Source: Chiloscyllium plagiosum (lineage: Eukaryota). Taken from it: a stretch of DNA of 28,715 nucleotides. The position numbers were made by a program, and so were the translations under genes. The stretch spans positions 7,151,653-7,180,367 of the forward strand of contig NC_057755.1 in NCBI RefSeq assembly GCF_004010195.1. The letters are read 5' to 3'. Positions 1 through 10,142 of the stretch are shown in pieces. Position 1 is the stretch's first letter, and each line of letters begins with the position of its first letter. A model generated the notes under the pieces. The model was given only the letters and a program-made list of their open reading frames with translations, was not told the DNA's origin and searched no databases.

Positions 1-874
1 TGTCACCAGGTATTTTACTGCTTTGCTGATCTTTGCTCTGAACCTAGATAATGTTGCTGCATAAATAAATGTATTTGTGCAACAACTTAGCTTCCGCAGC
101 ATATAACCAACTTTATTGAAAATAAAAACAAACGATGAGTCATTGGCAGGATTGATTTTGGGAATGACATAATATAAAAATTCGGCAACAACGATTGACC
201 ACAGGACGATAAAGCTTCCAGATATGGTGAACAGCAAAATCACAGATTTCCTTCTGCTCACTATCTCTGGGTCTCTGCGATTCTCTCCTTTGCTGTCACC
301 CTTCAGCCTCTTCCGGACTCGGTTGGTCACTAAAATGTATCTAACTGTCAGAGCATTGAGCAACAGAATTAAAACGAATGGCAGTAAAGGAGTCAAAACT
401 GTATCAAGCCAATCTAATACCACCCACCCAGTCTCAGTAAAATAGCTTGACTTTGTTTTACAGTAAAATGATGCATTGTTCGTTATTACCCAAGGTTCAT
501 ATTGAAAATAGAAGGGGATATTTTTCAAACAGAACAGGGTGCAAGTTGTGGCGAGAACCAAAGTCGCAGTTTTCTCCGTGCAATATTTCGTTCTCAGCTT
601 CTGGCAACAAATGGTCACAAATCGGTCAAAGGAGAAAGTGACTGTGAACCAGACAGACCAGTCAGTGGCTGCACGTATTAGGACCCAGTAATGCTACACA
701 CAGGAGTGATATCAAGGAAAGACCGCGGGTAATAATAAAAGTGAAAACTCTTCAGTATAACATCAGTGATAATGACCATCAGATCAGCAGCTGCCATCAC
801 TACCAGGTATCGAGTAGTGCAAGGGGAAATACCACACTTTCCACGAGAGAGAATAACAATCGCCAGACAATTAA
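1..874 (-). pseudogene. GPCR-A coding exon 2, GPR139-like 7TM receptor, frameshifted near 684-686; runs off the window at position 1
   Basis: Acceptor ttgttttccacAG|TTAAT. Translation VNCLAIVILSRGKCG...ADLMV...ITPVCSITG reaches TAA at 680-678. Shifting one base continues as VLIRAATDWSVWFTVTFSFDRFVTICCQKL...TPLLP...NALTVR...RRKSVILLF...SCCTNTFIYAAT...VKYLVT with no further stop, colinear with GPCR-B. Confidence 0.9.
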
Positions 875-1221
875 CTGTGGAAAACAAATAGGAAAAGATG
901 CGGTGAATTACTGATCCGAAATTCCCCTTGTCTATTTCAGACAGATTTTACCAACAAAAACCAATGCATTGTTTGAGTGTAAGTGGCTGGAGTTCAGTGA
1001 GTTTGAACTTTAAGATTGTCCTCCAGCCCAATCGCCACAGAGATTATGCTCAGATGACACCCTAGTCTTGTAAATTCAAGAGAAAATTGGAGAGGCCTCA
1101 TTTGGAAAACAAAACGATCAGCACCATTGCAGCATTAGTGGCATCATCTATGGGAGAGAAAGAAAAAACGTTTTGGGATCATTGATTATTTGAGTAGAGA
1201 ATGTGAATAAGAGTGAGGTTG

Positions 1222-1306
1222 TAGTTGCATCAGCCTCCACCACTTCCTCTGGCAGCTCATTCCATATAGGCACCATCCTCTGTCCCTTTTAAAACTTGCA
1301 CCTCTC
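1222..1306 (-). mobile_element. Small CR1 LINE 3' fragment in the GPCR-A intron
   Basis: ccaccacttcctctggcagctcattccata closely matches 23111-23140 (minus-strand WNELPEEVVE motif). Confidence 0.7.
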
Positions 1307-1308
1307 AC

Positions 1309-1344
1309 ATTCACATTTCGAGTCCAGTGACCCTTCGTCAGAAC
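1309..1344 (-). ncRNA. Degenerate Penelope-type minimal hammerhead ribozyme remnant
   Basis: Minus strand gttCTGACGAa-gggtc-actg-gactc-GAAA-tgtgaa. The CUGANGA and GAAA boxes and stem II are intact, but the stem III/cleavage triplet is mutated (tgtg instead of cgtH). Confidence 0.55.
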
Positions 1345-1613
1345 TAGCTTGCATGATTGCTCTTCATATCCTGAAACCCCGTGAAACTGAAACAGGTGAC
1401 AGAATACTGAGATCAGAAAAAGCTACTGTAGCAGGGAGTCTCGGTCATTGGACAATTTTACCAGGAATGTTGCTCAGTGAATTGCTATCACTGTTTCAGT
1501 GTCTGGAGAAAGCTAATCAGTCCGCGAGCTGGAGATGTTGTTGTTCGAAAGATAAAACTAGGCAGCAGATTAGCAGCTGATGAAAACAAAGTTCTAACGT
1601 CATAATGCCATAC

Positions 1614-1680
1614 CAGGGACTCCAATAAGAGCAAGGATGGTGTAGAACACTTTCATCACGTGTTGAATTGGGTGATGCAT
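1614..1680 (-). pseudogene. GPCR-A coding exon 1 (GPR139-like class A orphan GPCR)
   Basis: Minus strand reads ATG CAT CAC ... GGA GTC CCT G|gtatgg = MHHPIQHVMKVFYTILALIGVP followed by a phase-1 GT donor at 1613-1612. Joined to the phase-1 acceptor at 876-875, it gives the TM1 motif 'LIGVP-V-NCLAIVIL'. Not captured by the ORF track. Confidence 0.88.
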
Positions 1681-1763
1681 TTTTCCATGCAAGACGATCT
1701 GTCCCTTCAGGCAGCTGACAATCTCCTTGTTTTAAACTCTGATGCATTTCCAGAGACACTGCC

Positions 1764-1768
1764 TTATA
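1764..1768 (-). promoter_or_regulatory. Candidate TATA box of GPCR-A
   Basis: TATAA on the minus strand about 85 bp upstream of the ATG at 1680. Positional evidence only. Confidence 0.3.
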
Positions 1769-1902
1769 CTGTGTCGAATCTCCATGGGGATATCAAGGTT
1801 GAAATATTGCTCAACTTTGTTGCTGTTTTTCAAAATTCTGCAAATGACGAAACTAATTACAATTACGAGTTCAATCCCATTCAGGATATTTGTTATTCAG
1901 CA

Positions 1903-2365
1903 TGTCATAATAAAATAACAAAAAGATAATGTGGAATATTCAAGCAATAACGCTCTCCTCTCAAACACCACGACCCATTGCAGAGATCACAAATTATTTC
2001 AACTGAAGCTGCTCTATTCCAGTTGTGAAAATATATTTCAGAGCTGTTCTTCTGTACTCTAGGGTGCAAGTTGCCTGCTTCATGCAAGAACACTTCTCTC
2101 AGATTGAAATATGATTCTTTTCATTTTCTGAGTGTCATAATAAAATAACAAAAAGATAATGTGGAATATTCAAGCAATAACGCTCTCCTCTCAAACACCA
2201 CGACCCCTTGCAGAGATCACAAATTATTTCAACTGAAGTTGCTCTATTCCAGTTGTGAAAATATATTTCAGAGCTGTTCTTCTGTACTCTAGGGTGCAAG
2301 TTGCTTGCTTCATGCAAGAACACTTCTCTCAGATTGAAATATGATTCTTTTCATTTTCTGAGTGT
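1903..2365. repeat. Near-perfect 230-bp tandem duplication (1903-2132, 2133-2362)
   Basis: Two copies in which I count 3 substitutions, with TGT microhomology at 1903, 2133 and 2363. The duplicated ORFs 1905-2093 and 2135-2323 in the track confirm the 230-bp offset. Confidence 0.97.
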
Positions 2366-2494
2366 GTGCATTTTTGCCGAGGTCAGGATTCGTCCTCAGT
2401 CCCTATTTCCCCAGTTTCTGGAGATAAATGAAGGACCACGTAGGGGAATTTATTGCCCTTCCTGAGGAAAGCAGACTCAGGGTGGACTTCCAAC

Positions 2495-2790
2495 AGAGGA
2501 TACATCACAGACCTCTCTTTGAATGTGACTGTCCATCCAGATACATCACTGACCTTCCTCCTCTTGTCACTTTCACTCCAGATGCATCACTGACCTCTCT
2601 GACATTGTCACAGTCGATCCGGATGCCTCGCTGACCCTCACTCTTATACTCACCACCCATTCAGATATATCAATGACCTCAGTCTTATTGACATTCTCGA
2701 TCCAGATATATCAATGAACTCGATCGTATTGTCACTCACCATCTGGATACATCACAGACATTACGCCTATTCTCGCTTTCAATCTCGATA
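2495..2790. repeat. Degenerate 41-bp tandem array, about 7 copies
   Basis: GAT(A/G)(C/T)ATCA(C/A)TGACCT-like core starts at 2499, 2540, 2581, 2622, 2664, 2705 and 2746, with a partial copy at 2787. Confidence 0.88.
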
Positions 2791-2792
2791 GA

Positions 2793-2915
2793 TGTTAACT
2801 CTGTTAACAATATTAACTCCGTTTCTTCTCTGCACAGATGCTACCAGACCTCCTGCGTTTCTGCAACACTTTATCCTTTTGCTTCAGACCTTCAGCATTC
2901 GGTATACTTTACTGA
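2793..2915 (+). mobile_element. Penelope-like element 3' terminal remnant
   Basis: gttaactc...tctctgcacagatgctaccagacctcctg...ttcagacc...cagcat is similar to the reverse complement of 3755-3840. Confidence 0.6.
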
Positions 2916-2989
2916 GTTTGGCCTTCGTCAGACCTGCTCCTCTGCTTGCGGGACTGTCCTATGAATAGAGATTTGGAAATTTAGACTTT

Positions 2990-3420
2990 TATTGTACAGA
3001 ATTTTAAACAATGAGAGATGATCTCATTGAAACGTGCTAAACACTTTAATGGACAGACAGCATGGATATAATTCGTACATTTCCTCTGTTTGGAGATTTG
3101 AGAATCGGGGTGGGGCAATTAATTAAATTGTGGGGAATCCCACTTGAACCTCAGATAGGGACAATTTTCTTCATTATAATCAGAAGTTTGTGAACGATTG
3201 GAATTCACAAGTACAGCGTGTTGTGGAAGCTCAGTATTTGAGTATGCTTCAGAAAGAGATGCATTGACTTCTGATTCCGAGTGGGATGCAGAGTTGTCGA
3301 AAATGTTTCCGTAAAAAGGTATTGTTGTTATCCATCAGGCATGGCCCTATTAAATGGCGCAACTGACTGGAAGGTCTGAATTCTCATTCAATTTATGATA
3401 TTCATTTCTTGATCCTATAT
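2990..3420 (+). mobile_element. Old degenerate CR1 3' end
   Basis: atgagagatgatctcattgaaacg (RGDLIE-like) and ttttcttc...gtttgtgaacgattggaattc (FF.QRVV..WN-like), with many stops. Confidence 0.7.
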
Positions 3421-3744
3421 AATGCACTTCTAATTCTGAGACCATACTATCTTATCCTGGACTCACCAGCCAAAGGAATCACCTGACCCACATCCCCCTT
3501 CGAAACATTTTGTAAAATTCAATGAGATTGCCACTCATTCTTTCAAATCCTGGAGTGTATAGGTTCTGTTTCCTCAAACTGCACGTAGTCTCCATATTAG
3601 CTTCCTAGTCAATTTCTCATGACTTTTGTTTCTTTTTGATGGAACTGTTATATCATTATTTCGCGCACCTTTACGGCGTTTTAATGATTTTAATTTACAA
3701 CAAATGAATGATTTGTAATCTAAATTGAAGAATGAACCAGAGTA

Positions 3745-4365
3745 ACACAGAAACAACTGTAATGCTGGAAATCCGAAACAGAAACAGAAACTTCGGGAAA
3801 AACCCAGCAGGTCTGGAAGAATCTGTGGAGAGAAAGCAGTTAGTTTTCTTCAGTACTGATTTTAGCCAATAAAGGCGGCATTTAAGCTGTTAGGAGGGGA
3901 GGGTGTGGGAGGGCAGATGAATGAAAAATTGCTGCAGATGGAGACCACGGAGGGAGTAAAAATTAGTCAGGCAAACGGATAGATGGTGGTGAACCGGGCA
4001 GAAAGTAAGAATGATAACGCAGGCCTTTAGTGGGTGGAAGTTGTTTGATTGTGATAAAGCAGCCCGTGTGGTGACAAGCTCTGGGGTATGGGATGTGAGC
4101 AGAAAACATCAAAAAGGTGCTCAGGCCCTAAATATATTGCCTTTGGCCCTGAGTCATGAAGTCTGAAGGTTTCCCAAGCAGAAAGCGGGATGCTGTTCTT
4201 CCATTTTGCACCGGAACATTGCAGCAAGCCCAAGGCGGAGATACTGGCGAAAGAGCAAGTGATATATGGAAATAGTAGGCAACTGGAAGGAAAAAGTCAT
4301 TTCTGTGGACAGAACTGAGGTGTTCCGCAAAACCAGAGCTCAGTCTGTCTTTTGTTTCCCTCAAT
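3745..4365 (-). mobile_element. Degenerate Penelope-like retroelement 3' part (GIY-YIG endonuclease remnant plus terminal region)
   Basis: ORF 4128-4364 RETKDRLSSGFAEHLSSVHRND..PVA matches the PLE GIY-YIG pattern GET.R.L..RF.EH. 'MGLLQC...' follows, and the terminal region resembles 18793-18930. Confidence 0.8.
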
Positions 4366-4444
4366 AACGAGCGATATGTGCAGCAAATAAAGTGGACTCG
4401 ATTAAATGGAAGTTCAGGAAAAGAACGAACTACTTACTGACTGA

Positions 4445-4605
4445 GCAGTGGACTGGGTGGGCTCAGTTAGTCAGCCCAAAATTCAGGGTGACACCAACAA
4501 CATGGGTTCAATTTTGGCCCCAGCTGAAGTTCCCATGTAAGAATCTCCCCTTGTCTGAGGCATGCTGGCCCTCAGATCAAGTCACGATCAGGTGCCCTCT
4601 CTTAT
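4445..4605 (+). mobile_element. Degenerate tRNA-derived SINE fragment
   Basis: A-box-like gggctcagttag and B-box-like gggttcaatt. A related head occurs near 11500-11570. Confidence 0.45.
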
Positions 4606-4614
4606 GACGACAGG

Positions 4615-5186
4615 AATTTGGCAGTTTTTAATGAACAAACTCGCCAATTCCTTCAGTGAATGTTTCTGAGCTTGGTCCCAAGCAGCTCCGTCGCATAGAA
4701 CTCTGTTCTCTCCGGTTTGTTCCACAGGACGCACACTGTGACACACATCGACTGTGTCTGGACAACCAATTGGTGAAAGACGTTCTTCAGTCCGCTCAAA
4801 ACTTGTCAGTTTTGCAGAGCAAGGAGTTGGCCTCGATAGAGTGTTGTAGGCTGACACCTTCCAACGTTCAGGAATACGTGCTGCCGGATGAACTAAAACT
4901 TGGGGCAGCTGCTGCCAAGGTCCCGTGGGGAAAGGTCACTGTCTAAATGATTTCTTCCAAAATATTCTGAGGACCTGTTATATTTGGACATTTCCTCATG
5001 GCTTCAATGACAGTGTATATGTATTCGTGTCCTGTGCAATAAAGATTCTGTTTTAATAAGTGATTAGCATCGAAAATGAGGAATGACATAATAGTAGTGT
5101 ACTCTGTACAATAGCTTAAGCAAGCTACTTTGTATTGTAGCTGAGATGATTTGTGAATAAAGTATACCTTTGCACTAAAAATAAAA
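4615..5186 (+). mobile_element. Tx1/L1-clade LINE 3' end (ORF2 C-terminus, 3' UTR, poly(A) signal)
   Basis: VKDVLQSAQNLSVLQSKELASIECCRL...VQEYVL..LKLGAAAAKVPWGKVTV* resembles the C-terminus of fish/shark Tx1-type ORF2. AATAAA near 5156 is followed by an A-rich tail at 5177-5186. Confidence 0.7.
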
Positions 5187-5711
5187 TTTTGACATATTCT
5201 GAACTCAGTTGATTAATTTCCATTACACTTCTCAGACTAATGTTATTTCATTTCAGTTTTTTTAAGGTTTCAATGGGTATTCCATCAGGGTGATTTTTTT
5301 TAGGAGTTTGGTGTCCTTTTCAATTTTTTTCTTCTCTGGGGATTACTGTCAAACTGACCAATTGTAATTTTAACGTCACGTTGCCTTGTACTGGACGTTC
5401 CTGCAGAAGGTATGCCTCATGTCATTTGACCCTGGGACCTCAAAATGACTTGAAGGGCCTGGCTCCCAGCATTGGCAACAGAACAGAGAAAGTCTAAAGC
5501 TTCAAATGTCTCAGTTGTGAGAATAGATGGGGCAGTGTGGGATCATAGATTTTGAAGCAATATATAAATTGCATGTAAGTTGCAGTCAGTAACTTCATGT
5601 TACAATGTTACAATATTCAATCAGTAAACTGCCCTCACACAGGGGAGCAATGTCACTGGGTGAATGTGTAGATTGGCCAGGAATAGGGATTTGAGTACCT
5701 TCATAAAAAAC

Positions 5712-5930
5712 AAACAACAAAGAACAAAGAACCTTCCAGCACAGGAACAGGCCCTTTGGCCCTCCAAGGCTATGCTGATCGAGATCCTCTATCTAAACCT
5801 TCTGCCTATTTTGTAAGGATCTGTATTCCTTTGGTCTCTACCCATTCATGTATCTGATAGATACATCTTAAAGAACGCTATCTTTCCCGCCCCTACCACT
5901 TCCGCTGGCAATGCATTCCAGGCACTCACC
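5712..5930 (-). mobile_element. CR1 3' end fragment
   Basis: aacaaagaacaaagaac tail, cacaggaacaggcccttt 3' UTR motif, and minus-strand WNALP (gcaatgcattcca). Confidence 0.8.
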
Positions 5931-6205
5931 TGGAGGCGAGACAGGAAATAGCTGGGGCCCTGACAGATATCTTTGTTGCATCAGGAATTAATGCTGGGGT
6001 CACTGCTGTTTGTGATATACTTAAATGACCTGGAAGAGAACATTGTTGGTCTGATCAGTAAGTTTGCAGATAACACGAAGATTGGTTGAATAGCGGAAAG
6101 CATAGGGGACTGTTAAAGAATACAGGACAATATAGATAGACTGGAGAGTTGGGCGCAGACGTGGCAGATGAAGCTCAATCCACGCAAATTTGAGGTGATG
6201 CATTG
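5931..6205 (+). mobile_element. Internally deleted CR1 RT fragment
   Basis: LLFVIYLNDL..SKFADNTKIG*..WA..WQMKLN..K, with stops. Confidence 0.85.
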
Positions 6206-6235
6206 GTCAATGTAGGGAAAATCAAAATCTCTGAA

Positions 6236-6945
6236 AGACCTTGAAGTGCAGGTTCATAGCTCCTTGAAAGTGGAGTCACAGGTAGATAGGATAGTGAAGA
6301 AGGCGTTTGGTATGCTTTCCTTTATTGGTCAGAGTATTGAGTACAGGAGTTGGGAGGTCATGTTGTGGTTGTACAGGACACTGGTTAGGCCACTGTTGGA
6401 ATATTGCATGCAATTCTGGTTTCCTTCCTATCGGAAAGATGTTGTGAAACTTGAAAGAGTTCAGAAAAGATTTACAAGGATGTTGTCAGAGTTGGAAGAT
6501 TTGAGCTATATGGAGAGGCTGAACAGGCTGGGGCTGTTTTCCCTGAAGTGTCGAAGGTTGAGGGGTGACCTTATAGAGGTTTACAAAATTATGAGGGGCA
6601 TGGATAGGATAAATAGGCAAAGTGTTTTCCCTGGGGTTGGGGAGTCCAGAACTGGAGGGCATAGGTTGAGGGTGAGAGGGGAAAGATATAAAAGAGACCT
6701 CAGGGGCAACGTTTTCACGCAGAGCGTGGTACATGTATGGAATGAGCTGCCAGACAATGTGGTGGAGGCTGGTACAATTACAACATTTAAGAGGCATTTG
6801 GATGGGTATATGAATAGAAAGCGTTTGGAGGGATATGGGCCGGGTGCTGGCAGGTGGGACTAGATTGGGTTGGGATATCTGGTCGGCGTGGACAGGTTGG
6901 ACCGAAGGATCTGTTTCTATGCTGTACATCTCTATGATTCTATGA
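6236..6945 (+). mobile_element. 5'-truncated CR1 LINE (ORF2 C-terminus and 3' tail)
   Basis: ORF 6246-6863 LYRTLVRPLLEYC..LERVQKRFTRM..RLRGDLIEVYK..WNELP. Tail tctatgattctatga. Confidence 0.95.
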
Positions 6946-7660
6946 CCACCACCCTGTTGCTGTGATATCTTTCTATGATCTCACTACATATTTGAACATC
7001 TATCTCACGCTCGCTGTTGAGAGGCCTGTAGTGCAATCGCAACATTGTTTCTGAGTTCTGCCCATATTTCCCCACTGCACGAGTCTTCTATCGTGCCCTC
7101 CTTTGACACATTTGTTATATCTTCTTTGACCAGTATTCCAACTCCTGTAGCCATTTTATCTCCCTCTCTGTCGTGCTGAAGCATCGATACCCTGGGGTAT
7201 TTAATTGCCAATCATGCCCTTCCCTCAACGAAGTCTCAGTAATAGCAATAACAGTAGGCGGCACGGTGGCACAGTGGTTAGCACTGTTGCCTCACAGCGC
7301 CAGACACCCGGGTTCAATTCCCGCCTCAGGCGACTGACTGTGTGGAGTTTGCACGTTCTCCCCGTGTCTGCGTGGGTTTCCTCCGGGTGCTCCGGTTTCC
7401 TCCCATAGGTCAGGTGAATTGGCCATGCTAAATTGCCCGTAGTGTTAGGTAAGGGTAAATGTAGGGGTATGGGTGGGTTGCGCTTCGGCGGGTCAGTGTG
7501 GACTTGTTGGGCTGAAGGGCCTGTTTCCACACTGTAATGTAATCTTATCTAATCTAATCATACTCCCCGGCACTAATAACATCATACTCCCAGGCACTAA
7601 TCCAAGCCTTAAGTTCATCTGCCTTACCTACTATACTTCTTGAATTAAAATAAATGCACC
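6946..7660 (-). mobile_element. Degenerate CR1 endonuclease fragment, interrupted by a SINE
   Basis: Minus strand KADELKAWISAWEYD-VIAITET spans the SINE insertion, followed by GVGILVKE..EIWAELRN. Confidence 0.8.
7257..7557 (+). mobile_element. HE1-type V-SINE (elasmobranch tRNA-derived SINE)
   Basis: A box TGGCACAGTGG, B box GGTTCAATTCC, V-domain ctgtgtggagtttgcacgttctccccgtgtctgcgtgggttt, CR1-like 3' end gaagggcctgtttcc, and an (AATCT)n tail. Confidence 0.93.
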
Positions 7661-8038
7661 TCAGACCACCAGTCTTTTCACACTCATCCTTTGGTTCCTG
7701 CCTACTCTTCCCCTTCCTCACGCTGACTTCATTATCTAGTTACTTACAGGTTTTAGTTATTACCTACTTCCTGTCCACCAACCTCCTCATTTGATTCCCT
7801 ATCCAACTGCCACATTAGTTTAAACAGAGTTAGCAATATCACATCTCAACGTATTTCAATTTTACTGTCCAGTGAGTTTATTTCACCAGAGAGCACATAA
7901 CACACCTCTAAAGTTTGCTACATTACTTTTTCTTGTGTATTATATGATATAAAAGAAAAAAGAGCAGAGGTCATTAAATGAACACCTGTTTGATCACACT
8001 CTGTTACGCTGTCCAATCTGAAACAAACATAAACCATC

Positions 8039-10142
8039 ATGGGACACTTTAACTTCCCCAACATTGACTGGAAATGCTATAACTCTAGTAGGTCGGATGG
8101 ATCAGTTTTTCTCCAATGTGTGCAGGAGCGTTTTCTGGCCCAGTAGGTCGAAGGGCCAACAAGAAGGGAGACCACACTGGATCTGGTACTTGGTAATGAT
8201 GGTATTTGATTTAGAGGTAGATGAGCACTTTGGAGAAAGTGACCATAATTCAGTTACGTTTAGTTTAGCGATGGAAAGGGTTTGGTACATGCCACAGGGC
8301 AAGAGATATCGATGGGACAAGGGCAATTATAATGTGATTGGGCAAGACTTAGGATGCATAGAATGGGGTAGCAAAATGCAGGGGATGGGACAATAGAAAT
8401 TTGGAGCTGGTTTAATGAACAGATATTGCATGTCCTTAATAGGTATGTCCCTGTCAGGCAGGGAGGAAGTGATAAGGGAACCGTGGTATATGACAGAAAT
8501 TGCATCGCTCATTAAGCAGAAGGAGATTTATGTGACGATGAGACGAGATGGTTCAGGTGAGGCAATGGATTGTTCCGGAAGAGCTAGGAAGGATTTAAAG
8601 AGAGAACTAAGAAGAGCAAAGGGATGACATGAACAGTCTTTAGCAAATAGAATAAAGGAGAACCCTAAAGCTTTCTATAGGTGTGTGAGGAATAAAAGGA
8701 TGAATAGGGTAGGAATAGGGCCAGACAAAGACAGAAGTGGGAAGTTGAGTGTGGACCCTGTGGAGATCGGAGAGGTGCTAAACGAATATTCCTCATCGGT
8801 TTTCACTCAGGAAAAGGAGAATATTGTAGAGGAGAAGAATGAGGTACGAGATATTAGACGAGAAAGCATCGAGGTCAATAAGGAAGAGGTGTTATCAATT
8901 CTTGAAGGAGTGAAAGTAGACAAGTCCCCTGGGCAGGATGGGATTTATCTGAGGATGCTATGGGAAGCGAGTGAGGAGGAGTTGGAGCTTTTGGCTTTGA
9001 TCTTTGAGTCACCATTGTCCAATGGTTTAGTGCCAGAGGACTGGAGCATTGCAAATGTTATGCCCTTGATCAAGAGGGGCAGCAGAGATGACCCAGGCAA
9101 TTGTAGACCAGTGAGCCTTAATTCTGCTGTAGGAAAAGTTTTGGGAAGGATGATAAGGGATTGGATTTATACTTATCTAGCAAGCAACAATTTGATTGCA
9201 GATAGTCAACATGGATTCTCAAGGACAGGTCATGTCTCACAAACATGACATTAAAGTCGGTGGAGTAGTGGACAGTGTGGAAAGATATTGCAGGTTACAG
9301 GGTTACTTGGATAAACTGCAGAATTGGGCTGAGAGGTGGCAAATGGAGTTCAATGCAGGTAAATGTGAGATGCTTCACATTGGGAAGAATAACGGGGAGG
9401 CAAAATACTGGCACAATGGAAAGATTCTTGATAATGTGGATGTGCAGAGGGATCTTGGGGTCCATGTATATAGATCCCAGAAAGTTGCCACCCACGTTTA
9501 TCGTGCTGTTAAGAAGGCGTATGGTGTGTTAGGTTTAATCGTTAAATGGATTGAGTTCCGGAGCCGCAATGTCATGCTACAACTGTACAAAACACTAGTG
9601 CGGCCACACTTGGAATATCTTGTACAATTCTGGTCGTCCCAATACAGGAAGGATGTGGAAGCATTGGAAAAGGTGCAGAGGAGATTTACCAGGATGTTGC
9701 CTGGTCTGGAGGGAAGGTTTTATGAGGAAAGACTGAGAGATTTGGGTCTGTTCTTATTGCAAAGAAGAAGGCTAAGAGAAGATTTGATAGAGACATACAA
9801 GATGATCAGAGGATTAGATCGGTAGACAGTGAAATCCTTTTTCCTAGGATGATGATGTCAGCTTGTACGAAAGGGCATAACTACAAATTGAGGGGTGATA
9901 GATTTCAGACAGATGTCAGAGACAGGTTCTTTACTCAGAGAGTGGTAAGGGCGAGGAATGCCCTACCTGCCAATGTAGTTAACTCAGCTACATTACTGAG
10001 ATTTAAATAATCCTTGGATAAGCACATGGATGATGATGGGATAATGTAAGGGAACGGGTTTAGGTTAGTTCACAGGTCGGAACAACATCGTGGGCCGAAG
10101 GGCTTGTTCTGCGTTGTATTGTTCTATATTTTATGTTCTATT
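8039..10142 (+). mobile_element. CR1 LINE, 5'-truncated and mutated, with an internal deletion of the RT core near 9244
   Basis: MGHFNFPNIDW, DKSPGQDG, RPVSLNS, SQHGF, then a direct jump to D.KVGG, LYKTLVRPHLEY, and a (TGTTCTA)-type tail. Confidence 0.95.

Larger units (their letters stand above)
875..1613 (-). other. Phase-1 GT-AG intron of GPCR-A (739 bp)
   Basis: GTATGG donor, pyrimidine-rich ...ccacAG acceptor, and reading frame preserved across the junction. Confidence 0.85.

Noticed and set aside
224..641. Plus-strand ORFs 224-445 and 447-641
   Set aside because: They are antisense shadows of GPCR-A exon 2.
2495..2790. CRISPR-like appearance (conserved core plus variable spacer at a fixed period)
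   Set aside because: The 'spacers' are related to each other (recurring attgtcac), the cores are degenerate, the context is vertebrate, and there are no cas genes.
7257..7330. tRNA gene
   Set aside because: The A and B boxes are the tRNA-derived head of the HE1-type SINE.
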